In this document: one piece after another, positions 31,219-41,156 of the stretch | Layout: every line of letters starts with the position of its first letter | How positions within the stretch are numbered: the stretch's first letter is position 1 | Source: Polyangiaceae bacterium | GTDB lineage: Bacteria; Myxococcota_A; Polyangia; Polyangiales; Polyangiaceae | Length of the DNA: 64,000 bases | Assembly: GCA_044222475.1 (NCBI GenBank) | Contig: JBGANF010000016.1 | Span: forward strand, 1-64,000 | Direction of reading: 5' to 3' | Translations under genes and position numbers: made by a program | The notes under the pieces: model-generated | What the model was told of the DNA's origin: nothing | Database searches by the model: none | The model's input: the letters and a program-made list of their open reading frames with translations, nothing else

Positions 31219-34200
31219 TCAACCGTCGTCGTGCAGCAGCGCCACGTTCTCGGGGACGTTCTCGAGGAAGCTCTTCCTCCAGCGGGGGTCTCGGATTCGC
31301 GTCGCGCGTTCGCGCAAGCGCTCGCGCGCCGTCGCGAAAGCTCGCGCGGCTTCGTCCTTTCGTCCCACCGCGGCGAGCGCGGCGGCGTGGACGAAGCGAA
31401 GCTTCTCCTCGCCCTCCTCGAGCGCACCGAGAGTCTCCAAGAGGGCCATGCCCTCCCACGCGGCTTCGAGCGCGCTCGGCGCATCTCCCCGCGCCAGGCG
31501 CGCTGCCGCGAGCGCGCCGAGCGCGGTCGCCTTTCGCGTCGGGTAGCTCGCCGCCATCTCGAGCGCGACCCGCGCCGACGACTCCGCCCCTTCGAAGTCA
31601 CGCGCCGCCTCGAGGATCGTCGAGAGGTACACGTGGCTTGCCGCCTCGAAGCGCTTGTCGCCCGCCTCACGGAAGGTGTCGATCGACGCGCGCTCGACCG
31701 CGAGGGCTTCGACGATTCGGCCTTGCCGCATGTAGATGAGCCCGAGGTTCTGCCGGTGAGTGCCGGCCTGGAGCGGGAGCCCCAGCCGCTCGGCCTCGGC
31801 GATGCCGTCGAGCAGTACTTGCTCGGTCTCGGGTGCGCCGAGGAGAGTCAGCGCGTATCCCAAATTGGTACGTTGCTGAGCCAGTGTTCGCTCGTCGCCG
31901 GCGGCTTCGAGGCGCTCGATCCCGGCGCGGGTGAACTCCACGTACGCACCGAGGTCCTTGTCGCCACGGAACGCGCTCGACGCCCTCGCGCGCTCGCGGT
32001 GCGCCTCGGCCAGCGGCATCCCGGTCAACGTCAACGCCTCGATGCGAGCGAGGAGCTCGCGCGCGCGCCCCCGGTCGCTGCCGAGGAGCATCGGCGTCAC
32101 CGCGCGCGCGGCGGCGATCGCCGCGGCCTGGACGTCGTCGTGCTCTCCCCAAGCAGCGAGCATCGCGTCGACCCACGTGCGCGCGACGTCGAGGTGCCCC
32201 AAGCCCATCCCCGCCGCCGTGACCGCCTCGGCGACGGCGTCGAACCACGCGGCCGATCCGCGCTCGAGGCGCTCCGCAGCGTCGACCGCCTCGCGCTCGG
32301 CGCGCCGCACGTCACCGCTCCACGCGCACGCCTGCGCGACGGCGAGGTGCAGCGCTCCTCGAACCTCGGTGTCCGCATCGACCGCGAGCGGGAGGCCTCG
32401 CTCCGCGCACGCGATCGCCTCGTGCCAGTCGTTTCCGGCGAGCGCGCGGTCCGAGGCGCGCAAGTACCACTCCGCGGCCTTCGCGCGATCCTGCCCGCGC
32501 TCGAAGTGCTCGGCGATCGTCACCGCGTCTCGCTCGCCCGCACCGACCAGCCACGTCCCGGCGAGCCGGTGCCCCAAGGCGCGATCCGTGTCGGTGAGCG
32601 TTCCGTACACCGCCTCTCGGAGGAGCGCGTGACGGAACGTCCACTCCGGCTCGCCGCGGAACCGACTCTCGTTGCGTCGCTGGACGAGCTCCTGCGCGGC
32701 GAGCCCTTCGAGCGACCGCGCGAGGGTCGCGTCGTTCGGTTGTCCGACGAGCTCCGCGAGACCGCCGCTCCAGAACGCGGCGCCGAAGATGCTCGCAGCG
32801 CGCAAGAGGCGACGCGCGTGCGGCGGAATCTCGTCGACGCGTCGCTGCATCATCGCGAGGACGGTCTCGGGGAGCGCGGCATCGGCCTTCCCAGCGGCCG
32901 CCGCGCGGACGAGCTCCTCGAGGGTGAACGCGTGACCGCCGGCGCGCTCCACGAGGCGATCGACGAGCTCCTCGTCGACGTCGCCGAGCGCCTCGCGGAC
33001 GAGCCGCCCGGCGGCGCGCCGCCCGAGACCGGCGACGTGGACGATCGACAGCCCGGCGCCCTCCCACAGCTTCGCGAACCGATCGTGGACCTCCGGTCGG
33101 GCGAGCGCGAAGACGAAGAACGGGAGGTCGCGCGCGGCGCGGAGGGCCGCGTCGACGAGGCGCACCGTCGGGAGGTCCCCCCAGTGTAGGTCCTCGATCA
33201 CCAGGACGAGCGGGTGATGCTTGCATTCTGCAACAATGAGGCTCTCGAACGCGCGGCGGAGCTGATCGCCCATCAGCACCGCGTTCGACCGAGCCGCGAG
33301 CAACTTCGCCGACGGGGACGCCGCGAGGGGAACGCCGACGATCTCACCGACGAACTCGCCGACGTTCTCGTGCTCCTCCACCGGAACGTACCGCGCGACG
33401 AACGACGCGAGTCGCAGCGACTGCGCCGCGAGCGCGTCGCCCTCACGCGCGCCGATGGCGCTCCGCAGGGCGCGGCGGATGAGGCCGAACGGCGAGCCGG
33501 CGGCGAGCGGGTCTCCGCGGGCGACCCAGATCTCGGCGTCGGAGCGGGCCTCGCGCAGACGGCGCACCAGCTCGCTTCGGATTCGCGACTTGCCGATCCC
33601 CGCCTCGCCGACGACGAGGACCGCGCGCGCCGCCGGTTCTTCGACGCTCTCGTGGAAGAGCGCCTCGAGGCCGTCGAGCTCGCGATCGCGCCCGACGCAC
33701 GGCGTCGGCTTGCCGAGGAGCGTGCGCTGACCGTGAGACGACTCGCGGACGCCGACGAGCGCGAGCGCGGTCGCGCCGTGCGCGACCTCGAAGCGATCGT
33801 CGAGGAGGCCGGCGGTCACCTCGTCGACGATCACGTCCCCCGGCGCTGCGTCGCTCGCGAGGAGCGCGGCGCGGTCGATGACTTGACCGACGGGGAGTCG
33901 CTCGGAGACGACGCCGCGAGCCGTCGCGAGGGCGAACCGAGCGGCTGGCGTGCCGCGCCGCAGCGCGAGCGCGAGCTGCGCCGCCTGCGACGCTTGGTCG
34001 GTGGCTGCACCCTTCTCGATCCACGCGATGAGCGAGCCGTCGATCAGTCGCGCGAGGTCGGCGCCGAACGACGTCGCGAGGTCGCGGAGCTCCTGTCCCA
34101 CTTTGGGAAACGTCGTTCCCTCGGAGGGCCGGGCGAGGAGGAGGGTGAGGAACCGCTGCTCCGAGACGCCGAGCACCGGTGGGCGGCTCGTCGAAACGCC

Positions 34201-35043
34201 GGACCGCTGCGCCCGCGCCGCTCCGTCCACCGCTGCGAGCGCCTCGACGACGGCGCGTGCGTCCGGCGGCCGCGCGCGCGGATCCTTCGCGAGGAGCTGA
34301 CTGATGAGCGATGCGAGCATCGGCGGTACGTCGTCGCGGACCTCGTCGATCGGAACCGGCTGCTCGAGGAGGATCTTCGTCAACACCGCGACGTGGCTCT
34401 CGCCGCTGAACGGAGGTCGCGCTGCGAGGCAGGCGTAGAGCACGCAGCCCAGGCCGAAGAGGTCGGCTCTCCCATCGGGGCGGTTGCCGCGCACCAGCTC
34501 GGGCGCCATGTACGACGGCGTGCCCACCAGGAACCCCGACTTCGTGTCCGCGGCGTGGCCCACGTTGCGGAGGACGACCCCGAAGTCGATGAGGATGGCG
34601 TCGTCGACCTCGCCGCGGTGGAGGAAGACGTTCGACGGCTTGATGTCGCGATGGACGAGCCCGTGCGCGTGGATCGCCTCGAGGGTGGTGGCGAGGCGCC
34701 GACCCAGGTGGATGGTCTCGTCGATGGTGAGCGGTCGCTGCTTGAGCAGCTGGCGGAGGTCGAATCCTTCGAGCCACTCCATCGCCAGGTACTGCGGCCC
34801 GCCTTCGGGCACGTCGTGGGCGACGTGGGCAACGATGCCGCTCGAGGTCCCCGAGAGCTCCTCGAGCACCTTGGCCTCTTGCGCGAACCGCGCGAGGTCC
34901 TCTTCCCCGGTCGCGCGGAGCACCTTCACGGCGACGGTGACGCCCGAGGATCGGTCGCGAGCACGAAAGATCGTGCCCATGCCCCCCTTCTGCACCTCTT
35001 CGATGAGCTCGAAACGCTCCGCGAGGAGCTCGCCGGCCATCAT
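31219..35043 (-). CDS. Ser/Thr kinase - degenerate cyclase - AAA/STAND ATPase - TPR protein
   Basis: [39 protein letters not shown]; helical repeats. Confidence 0.9.
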   Translation of the reverse strand: MMAGELLAERFELIEEVQKGGMGTIFRARDRSSGVTVAVKVLRATGEEDLARFAQEAKVLEELSGTSSGIVAHVAHDVPEGGPQYLAMEWLEGFDLRQLLKQRPLTIDETIHLGRRLATTLEAIHAHGLVHRDIKPSNVFLHRGEVDDAILIDFGVVLRNVGHAADTKSGFLVGTPSYMAPELVRGNRPDGRADLFGLGCVLYACLAARPPFSGESHVAVLTKILLEQPVPIDEVRDDVPPMLASLISQLLAKDPRARPPDARAVVEALAAVDGAARAQRSGVSTSRPPVLGVSEQRFLTLLLARPSEGTTFPKVGQELRDLATSFGADLARLIDGSLIAWIEKGAATDQASQAAQLALALRRGTPAARFALATARGVVSERLPVGQVIDRAALLASDAAPGDVIVDEVTAGLLDDRFEVAHGATALALVGVRESSHGQRTLLGKPTPCVGRDRELDGLEALFHESVEEPAARAVLVVGEAGIGKSRIRSELVRRLREARSDAEIWVARGDPLAAGSPFGLIRRALRSAIGAREGDALAAQSLRLASFVARYVPVEEHENVGEFVGEIVGVPLAASPSAKLLAARSNAVLMGDQLRRAFESLIVAECKHHPLVLVIEDLHWGDLPTVRLVDAALRAARDLPFFVFALARPEVHDRFAKLWEGAGLSIVHVAGLGRRAAGRLVREALGDVDEELVDRLVERAGGHAFTLEELVRAAAAGKADAALPETVLAMMQRRVDEIPPHARRLLRAASIFGAAFWSGGLAELVGQPNDATLARSLEGLAAQELVQRRNESRFRGEPEWTFRHALLREAVYGTLTDTDRALGHRLAGTWLVGAGERDAVTIAEHFERGQDRAKAAEWYLRASDRALAGNDWHEAIACAERGLPLAVDADTEVRGALHLAVAQACAWSGDVRRAEREAVDAAERLERGSAAWFDAVAEAVTAAGMGLGHLDVARTWVDAMLAAWGEHDDVQAAAIAAARAVTPMLLGSDRGRARELLARIEALTLTGMPLAEAHRERARASSAFRGDKDLGAYVEFTRAGIERLEAAGDERTLAQQRTNLGYALTLLGAPETEQVLLDGIAEAERLGLPLQAGTHRQNLGLIYMRQGRIVEALAVERASIDTFREAGDKRFEAASHVYLSTILEAARDFEGAESSARVALEMAASYPTRKATALGALAAARLARGDAPSALEAAWEGMALLETLGALEEGEEKLRFVHAAALAAVGRKDEAARAFATARERLRERATRIRDPRWRKSFLENVPENVALLHDDG
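31857..31871. repeat. Dispersed palindrome copy ATCCCAAATTGGTAC
   Basis: Variant; codons CGT ACC AAT TTG GGA TAC. Confidence 0.65.
34095..34109. repeat. Dispersed palindrome copy GTCCCACTTTGGGAA
   Basis: One mismatch; codons TTT CCC AAA GTG GGA. Confidence 0.55.
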
Positions 35044-35076
35044 CCTCGTGCAGTATCGCACGAGGACCGACCGCCG

Positions 35077-36738
35077 TCAGTGAAGCTCGCCGACGAGGAG
35101 CCCGTACGCCGAGAGGATGACCTCCTCGGGGGAGGCCGAGCCTTGAACCGCGATGCCGGCGTCGTCGAAGCGGAAGCCGTGGTCCCCGAAGACGAGCAAG
35201 AGCGTTCGGGGCGGGAGCGTCCGCGCGTGCTTGACGATCGCGGCCGTACACTCGTCCTCGATCGCGGCGAGCGAGTCCATCGCGTGACCGTGAGCGTTCT
35301 TCAACCGGGCCTCGAGGAGGTCGAGCTTGAACACGTCTCGCGATCCCACCTTGAGGCGACGCACCGTCTCGGCGGTGCGATCCCGGATCGGACCTTCGTC
35401 GCGGTCCGTCTCCGACGGGGTTCCGAGGGAGAGCGGCCCGCGCGCGAGCGTCTCGAGCTGGCGCGACGTGGTCGTCGGGAGAGCCGAGAAGATCGTCACC
35501 CGGTCGACGAGGGACGCGCGGCCGGACAGGTTCTCGAGCACCGAGCCGACGACCCGCGCCGCGACGTCGTAGCGCATCCCGTCGACGAGCAAGAGGTGCG
35601 TCGTTCGGGCGCCGTGGGCGCGCGCCATCTTGGACGCGATGTCGTACGCGTCGAGTACCATCTTGGGACGCTTGCCGGTCAAGGCGAAGGTCGGGCAGCT
35701 CTCGCCGTAGGCGCGGGCGAAGTTCTTCGCGAACTCCTCGCGGGCGAGACGCGCTTTGGGCTCGTGGAGGCCCGAGTCGATGGCGGTCGCGAGCGGGAGG
35801 TAGCTCTGGGCGAACAGCCGCTCGAACGACGCGAGCGTCTGGGGCCCGCGCGCAGCGGCGAGCGCGGTGACCCAGCTCTTCCATCGGCCGTCCGTCGGAT
35901 CGGGCGTGGCGGTGTCCTCGGTGGGTGAGGGAGGGGGAGGGGGAAGGGCAGGGGGAGGAGAGGTCGAGATGACGTGAATCGGTTGGATGGACACGGCCGG
36001 TTGCGACGGGATGACGACCTCGGCGAGGGCGGCGTCGACCGGATCGGGGATGAACGACGGCGGGGACGAGATCGCGTGATCCTCGGCCTCCGCGTCGCTG
36101 TCGGCCTCGTCGAGGTCGAGTGCTTCGAATTTCACCGGCGCCGGTTCGGGTGACTCGGGCTCCTCGGCGGCGATCGCCTCTTCGTGGTCGTCGTCGTGCT
36201 CGACGGCCTCGAGCGGGTCGAGGTGATCCTCGAGCGGCACCGTGCGGGCGAAGACCGGAAGGCAACGCTCCTCTTCGGGCAGCACGAGGACCAGCGGCCG
36301 ATCTTTGGTTGCATGATACAAGAACCGAACGTGCTCCGCGTCCGTCGCGTCGATCGCGCCGAGGCGGGTGGTGAGGGGCTTCAGCGTCGGGATCAGCAAC
36401 GCCAGGCCGCGGAACCCGAGGCGCCGCGCCCGGAAGAGCTGGTCGGACAGCAGCGCACACGGCTCGGCCTCGGAGCCGAGGCCCTGGGCGCCGGCGCCTC
36501 GTCCTCGAAGCACCTCTTCGACCGCCGCCTCGGCGTGATCGGCGAAGCTCCCTCGCTTGGCGCCGTACAGCCCGACGTTCACGACGAGCGCCCCTCTCGC
36601 CCGCAGATCGCTCACTTGGGCAGCGAACTGATCCTGGGCGACGAAGCGAACCTCGCCACTCGGCTCCGGACTGAGCTCCGACTCGGAGGCGGGGGCAGCG
36701 GAGCTCGACGGGTTTTCGATCGTGAGTGCAGCATCCAT
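35077..36738 (-). CDS. Hypothetical protein with C-terminal PglZ-like (alkaline phosphatase superfamily) domain
   Basis: LLLVDGMRYD, SALPTTT, VFGDHGF, GSASPEEV; acidic/Pro-rich central linker. Confidence 0.65.
   Translation of the reverse strand: MDAALTIENPSSSAAPASESELSPEPSGEVRFVAQDQFAAQVSDLRARGALVVNVGLYGAKRGSFADHAEAAVEEVLRGRGAGAQGLGSEAEPCALLSDQLFRARRLGFRGLALLIPTLKPLTTRLGAIDATDAEHVRFLYHATKDRPLVLVLPEEERCLPVFARTVPLEDHLDPLEAVEHDDDHEEAIAAEEPESPEPAPVKFEALDLDEADSDAEAEDHAISSPPSFIPDPVDAALAEVVIPSQPAVSIQPIHVISTSPPPALPPPPPSPTEDTATPDPTDGRWKSWVTALAAARGPQTLASFERLFAQSYLPLATAIDSGLHEPKARLAREEFAKNFARAYGESCPTFALTGKRPKMVLDAYDIASKMARAHGARTTHLLLVDGMRYDVAARVVGSVLENLSGRASLVDRVTIFSALPTTTSRQLETLARGPLSLGTPSETDRDEGPIRDRTAETVRRLKVGSRDVFKLDLLEARLKNAHGHAMDSLAAIEDECTAAIVKHARTLPPRTLLLVFGDHGFRFDDAGIAVQGSASPEEVILSAYGLLVGELH
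35655..35669. repeat. Dispersed palindrome copy GTACCATCTTGGGAC
   Basis: Strict match; codons CGT CCC AAG ATG GTA. Confidence 0.7.
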
Positions 36739-36817
36739 ACCGAATGCACCATCACGTTCGGGCGAAGTTGGCCCAGTTTTTGGCGAAACGGAACCGGAAA
36801 ACCAGCGCTTCTGGCGG

Positions 36818-36846
36818 TTGACCGGCAGCGATCGAGTTCCTAACCT
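36818..36846 (+). promoter_or_regulatory. Sigma70-type promoter of the 6S RNA
   Basis: TTGACC-17 nt-TAACCT, ending 6 nt before the predicted RNA 5' end. Confidence 0.7.
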
Positions 36847-36852
36847 CGAACG

Positions 36853-37057
36853 GTTCCTTCTGCCGGGTACGTGCTTCGTGGATACATGGATCCCTTATGA
36901 ACAAGAACCCGGGAGGTCGACGGTCGCCCGGTGTGCAAGCCGGGCCGTCCTGCGTCATGGCAATCGGATCTCGGAAGCCTAAAGTGCGGCCAAGACTTCC
37001 CACCTAGCTTCGGCTAGGGGTTCATGTTTCTCCACACACGGCCAAGGCGGTGGGGAC
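36853..37057 (+). ncRNA. ssrS: 6S RNA (SsrS)
   Basis: Rod fold: GTTCCTTCTGCC/GGCGGTGGGGAC, GTGGA/TCCAC, ACATGGATCCC/GGGGTTCATGT; A-rich central bubble opposite a CTAGC-TTCG-GCTAG hairpin; then GGGAGGTC/GACTTCCC; about 205 nt. Confidence 0.8.
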
Positions 37058-37067
37058 ACTAACTTCG

Positions 37068-37100
37068 ACGGCGAGCTCGGGATCGAGCTCGCCGTTTTTC
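37068..37100 (+). terminator. Rho-independent terminator
   Basis: ACGGCGAGCTCG-GGAT-CGAGCTCGCCGT followed by a T tract. Confidence 0.85.
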
Positions 37101-37189
37101 ATTTCACGTGAAGCGCCCGCCGGAACTAGCTGGCTGCGGAAAATGCGTAGTCGCAGGTTGCGTGCCCTCCAACCGGTTGGGTAGGTCGC

Positions 37190-37343
37190 CGCTCGGGAGC
37201 GGGAGGGGGAGCGGGAGCGGGAAGATGCTCGACGGCCGAGGACATCGTGAATCGCATGAAAGTGGCCACTTCGTCACAAGTGTCCCAGTTTGGTACAGAT
37301 CCCTTCCCTCTCCCTCTCCCTCTCCCTCTCCCTCTCCCGAGCG
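37190..37343. repeat. Intergenic inverted-repeat element with hexamer arms (GGGAGN)n / (TCTCCC)n; loop contains palindrome GTCCCAGTTTGGTAC (37282-37296)
   Basis: Left arm CGCTC(GGGAGS)4GGGAAG 37190-37224; right arm CTTCCC(TCTCCC)5GAGCG 37303-37343. Confidence 0.7.
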
Positions 37344-37399
37344 TCAGGTTCGCGGTCTTGGCAGGAGGGCACGCTACGTGCCTGGGCGTTTTTCCGCAG

Positions 37400-38785
37400 C
37401 TAGTCCTCCGGCGGCAGCTCGATCGGCGTCGCGTGTTCCTTCCTCGCGATCTCCGCGAGGGTGGTCGCGACCCGCGCGAGGATGGCTCCCCCGTCTTCGC
37501 GACGGAAGGCGATCGCCTTCGCGACCGGCTCTTGGGCGTACGCCCGGATGCCGGCGCCGTCGACCGTCACCCGGAAGCCCAGCGCGTCGAGCGCGGTCCG
37601 CTCGGCGGCGGTCGCGCTCGCGTTCGCCGTTCCTCGCCCGTGCATCGCCGGAACCCACGCGGCGAGGTAGACCACGGCGTACCCCGGGTACGCCTCCGCG
37701 ATCGGGCTCGGGTTCAGCACCAGCAGAGCGAGGTACTCGCCGACGACCATCGACGTCGCGTGGAAGTACGCTCCCGAGTAGATCTCCGTGAGGGCGACCG
37801 GACCGGCCCAGTGCGCGTTGAGCCAGGCGACGAAGCCGTCGAAGTCGAGCGTGCGGTGGACGTACCGCGCGGCCGCGCTCTCTGCGACCCAGCGCAGGCG
37901 CTCCCGGCGCCCGCGTCGCCAGAGGTACACGAAGACGAGCGGGATGACGTTCGCGCCGGCGATCGCCCAGAGGAGGCCGAGCCCCGGCTCCATCTTCCCC
38001 TTCTGGATGCCATCGACGGTGAACGCGATCGCACCGCCGAACGTCATCGGGAGAAATGATCCCACGACGATGTACGGCACGATGTTCCCGGCCGAGCTCT
38101 TGATGACCGTGGCCATGCCCCTTCGCTCGGCTCGGTAGCGATCGAGCTCGGCGCGCCGCCGCGCCGCTTCGGCGGCGCCGAACCCGCGATCCATCATGGT
38201 CGAGCTCGGCACGAGGCTCGCTCCGCAGTGCGAGCAACGCTCGAGGATTTGTCCCGGCGCGAGCGCGCTCTCGGCGCCGCAGCGCGGACACTTCGCGAGC
38301 GTTCGGGCCGGCACGCCTCCGGCACGCTTGCGGCGCTCCCCGCCGTAGTACCAAACCGAGTACGCGACGATGGTCACCACCGCGATGACCGGCACTCCGA
38401 TCGCGGGGAGCATGTTCGCGAGCGGTCGGAGCGAAGGATCCCCCGACGTCATCATCGTCTGGGCGACGAAGGCGAGGGCGATCCCGCTCATGGCGATCAC
38501 GCCGAAGATCGCCAACGAAGCCCCTATTCCAGCGCCGGAGCGCCCGCCGCGCCCGCCGTACCACCGGTCCCACGTCCGGAGCTGGTCGCGCTCTTGCTCG
38601 GCGCGCGCGAGCTCGTTCTCCACGTCGGCCTGGTAGCGCGCGAGCTCCGAGCGTTGTCCCTCCGAGATCGTCTGGACCGCCTTGCAGTACGGGCACGTCA
38701 CCGAGGAAGGAAGCTCGTGGCCGGCGACTGCGATCTTCCCGCCACACGACGCGCACGTGATGGCTCTCGCGGTCGAGTGTCCCAT
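37400..38785 (-). CDS. Membrane protein with two zinc-ribbon motifs
   Basis: CASCG...CPYC and CPRCG...CSHCG; about four TM segments. Confidence 0.75.
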   Translation of the reverse strand: MGHSTARAITCASCGGKIAVAGHELPSSVTCPYCKAVQTISEGQRSELARYQADVENELARAEQERDQLRTWDRWYGGRGGRSGAGIGASLAIFGVIAMSGIALAFVAQTMMTSGDPSLRPLANMLPAIGVPVIAVVTIVAYSVWYYGGERRKRAGGVPARTLAKCPRCGAESALAPGQILERCSHCGASLVPSSTMMDRGFGAAEAARRRAELDRYRAERRGMATVIKSSAGNIVPYIVVGSFLPMTFGGAIAFTVDGIQKGKMEPGLGLLWAIAGANVIPLVFVYLWRRGRRERLRWVAESAAARYVHRTLDFDGFVAWLNAHWAGPVALTEIYSGAYFHATSMVVGEYLALLVLNPSPIAEAYPGYAVVYLAAWVPAMHGRGTANASATAAERTALDALGFRVTVDGAGIRAYAQEPVAKAIAFRREDGGAILARVATTLAEIARKEHATPIELPPED

Positions 38786-38787
38786 GC

Positions 38788-39336
38788 CTACGACCGCGCG
38801 AGCGCGACGACGGAGAAGCCGATCGCCACACTCGTCCCCGGGTTCTCGTACGAGTGCTTCTGGTCGCCGCGGAACGCGACGACGTCACCCGGCGCGATCT
38901 CGACGCGCTCGCCGGCGGCGACGAGCACGATCGCGCCACGCTCGCAGGTGAGGAACTCGCGCGTCCCAGGAGTGTGAGGCACGCCGACCATCTTCCCGCG
39001 CGGCGCGATCTCGAGGCGGTCGATCTCCATGCCGGGCATCGGGTCCGGCAGCAGCTTGTGGATGATGGCCCCTCCGCGCGCCTTCGTCGGCAGCGTCCCC
39101 TTCGGGTAGCGCGCGAGCGAAGCGCGCGGCGTCGCCACGAGCTCCTCCAGCGTGACCTGGAGCGCGTCCGCGACCTGGGCGAGAACGCCGAGGGTCGGGT
39201 TTCCCGCGCCCGACTCCAGGTGACTCCACGTCGCCCGCGGAAGGCCGGCGGATTTGGCCATTTGCTGCTGGTTGAGCCCTCGCGCTTCGCGGAGCTGGCG
39301 GAGGTTCTTGCCGAGGCGGGAGGAGAGGCCGTCCAT
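38788..39336 (-). CDS. XRE-family HTH / cupin transcriptional regulator
   Basis: LGKNLRQLREARGL...LESGAGNPT; cupin H..G..E...GD...F..DQKHSY. Confidence 0.9.
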   Translation of the reverse strand: MDGLSSRLGKNLRQLREARGLNQQQMAKSAGLPRATWSHLESGAGNPTLGVLAQVADALQVTLEELVATPRASLARYPKGTLPTKARGGAIIHKLLPDPMPGMEIDRLEIAPRGKMVGVPHTPGTREFLTCERGAIVLVAAGERVEIAPGDVVAFRGDQKHSYENPGTSVAIGFSVVALARS

Positions 39337-39417
39337 CGGGTTGGAAGTCTGCCAATGCATTGGCCGCTTCGCCACTCTTTTGTCAGGCGGCGCCATGCTC
39401 TCACCATGGAGGTCGTC

Positions 39418-40131
39418 ATGGAGCTTCGTGGAGCATCGGCGTTGGTGACGGGAGGGAGCCGCGGATTGGGCGCGGCGTTGGCGAAGGCGCTCCTCGATCG
39501 GGGCGCGCGCGTCGCCCTGGTGGCGCGAGGGGAGGAGGAGCTCGAGCGCACGGTCGCGGAGCTCCGCCCGCTGGGCGAGGTCCACGGCCTCGCGTTCGAC
39601 GTGGGAGAGAAGGATGCCGCGCATCGCATCGCGGGCGCGGCCCAGGCCCTCGTGGGCCCGATCGATCTGGTGATCCACAACGCGAGCACGCTCGGCCCGA
39701 CGCCGCTGCGCTCGCTCCTCGACACGGAGTGCGAGGACTTCTCCGCGGTGCTCGAGACGAACGTGCTCGGTCCGTTTCGCCTGAGCAAGATCCTCGCGGG
39801 GGCCATGCTCCTCCGCGGACGGGGGACGATCGTCCACGTCAGCTCCGACGCCGCGGTCGAGGCGTACCCGACGTGGGGAGCCTACGGCGTCTCGAAGGCC
39901 GCGTTCGATCACCTCGCGCGGAGCTTCGCTGCCGAGCTCGGTGGTCGCGGCATCCGAGCCTTCGCCGTCGATCCCGGAGAGATGGACACCGCGATGCACG
40001 CCGCCGCGATCCCCGACGCCGATCGAGCTTCGCTCGCGCGGCCCGCGGACGTCGCGTCGCGCATCGTTCGCCTCGTCGAGCGCGACACGAAGAGCGGAGG
40101 CCGCTACCTCGCGTCCGAGGTGACGTCGTGA
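39418..40131 (+). CDS. Short-chain dehydrogenase/reductase
   Basis: TGGSRGLG, HNAS, YGVSK, DPGEMDT. Confidence 0.93.
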   Translation: MELRGASALVTGGSRGLGAALAKALLDRGARVALVARGEEELERTVAELRPLGEVHGLAFDVGEKDAAHRIAGAAQALVGPIDLVIHNASTLGPTPLRSLLDTECEDFSAVLETNVLGPFRLSKILAGAMLLRGRGTIVHVSSDAAVEAYPTWGAYGVSKAAFDHLARSFAAELGGRGIRAFAVDPGEMDTAMHAAAIPDADRASLARPADVASRIVRLVERDTKSGGRYLASEVTS

Positions 40132-41156
40132 GCGCCGTTCATGCCGCCGTCGCCCCGGCGACCACGCCGCGCCCCCGCTCCGCGTCGCGCTTGCTCGTCT
40201 GGCAGGGCGCGCGGAGCGAGGCGCGCCCTTTCGACGAGATCGCTCGCGCGCTCCGGCCGACGGATCTCGTCGTCGTCAACGACAGCGGCACGTTCCCGGC
40301 GAGCCTCCGCGGCAAGGACTCGCTCGGCCGCGACCTCGAGCTCCGCCTCGCGTCCGCGCCGGACGCGGCCGGCGAGGCGGTGGGCGTGCTCTTCGGCGCG
40401 GGCGACCACCGCACGCGAACCGAAGACCGGTCACCACCACCGCCGGTCGCGCCGAACGCCGAGCTGCGCTTCGGCGAGCTCCACGCGCGCGTCGTGTCGC
40501 TGCTCGACCACCCGCGGCTCGTTCGGGTTCGCTTCGACGAGCGGGGCTCGGCGCTATTTCGTGCACTCTACACGCAAGGCCGACCGGTCCAGTACGCCTA
40601 CGTCCCCGAGCCGCTCGCGCTGTGGGACGTGCAGAACGTCTACGCCGGACCTGCGGTCTCGGCGGAGCTCCCGTCGGCCGGGTACGCGATCTCGTTCGCG
40701 GTGCTCGAGTCGCTGCGGGCGAAAGGGGTACGCGTCGTGGCGCTCACCCACGCCGCGGGCCTGTCGTCGACCGGCGACGCCGCGCTCGACGCTCGTCTGC
40801 CGCTCCCGGAGCGGTACTCGATCCCCGACGCGACCGCGTCGGCCGTGCGCGACGCGCTCGCCGCCGGAGGACGAGTGGTCGCCGTCGGTACCTCGGTGGT
40901 ACGAGCGCTCGAAGCCTCGGCGCTCTCCGGCGTCACGAACGGGATCACCGATCTCCGGATCGACGCCTCGCATCGGCTTCGCGTCGTCTCGGCGATCCTC
41001 ACCGGGGTCCACGCGCCCGGCGAGTCGCACTACGATCTCCTCGAGGCGTTCCTGCCGCGGCGCGAGCTCGACGCGGCCTTCACGCGCGCGGCCGACCTCG
41101 GGCTCCTCGGCCACGAGTTCGGCGACGCGATCCTCTTCGAACGGGCCCGTAGCTAA
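40128..41156 (+). CDS. QueA-like SAM:tRNA ribosyltransferase-isomerase (divergent type)
   Basis: SRLLV, DLVVVNDS, PSAG, VVAVGTSVVRALE, LTGVH.P..SH, EFGDA; GTGA overlap with the SDR gene. Confidence 0.8.
   Translation: MSAVHAAVAPATTPRPRSASRLLVWQGARSEARPFDEIARALRPTDLVVVNDSGTFPASLRGKDSLGRDLELRLASAPDAAGEAVGVLFGAGDHRTRTEDRSPPPPVAPNAELRFGELHARVVSLLDHPRLVRVRFDERGSALFRALYTQGRPVQYAYVPEPLALWDVQNVYAGPAVSAELPSAGYAISFAVLESLRAKGVRVVALTHAAGLSSTGDAALDARLPLPERYSIPDATASAVRDALAAGGRVVAVGTSVVRALEASALSGVTNGITDLRIDASHRLRVVSAILTGVHAPGESHYDLLEAFLPRRELDAAFTRAADLGLLGHEFGDAILFERARS
40888..40902. repeat. Dispersed palindrome copy GTACCTCGGTGGTAC
   Basis: Strict arms with a GC-richer centre; codons GGT ACC TCG GTG GTA CGA. 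Confidence 0.55.

Noticed and set aside
35920..35962. Purine-rich G-run as a repeat element
   Set aside because: Encodes the poly-proline linker of the PglZ-like protein on the minus strand
31219..36738. BREX/Pgl defence system (kinase + PglZ)
   Set aside because: No PglX methylase, BrxC/PglY or BrxL; the kinase has a common myxobacterial architecture rather than PglW
37100..37115. parS-like CATTTCACGTGAAGCG
   Set aside because: Only 12/16 match to TGTTTCACGTGAAACA, single copy, no parAB in the window
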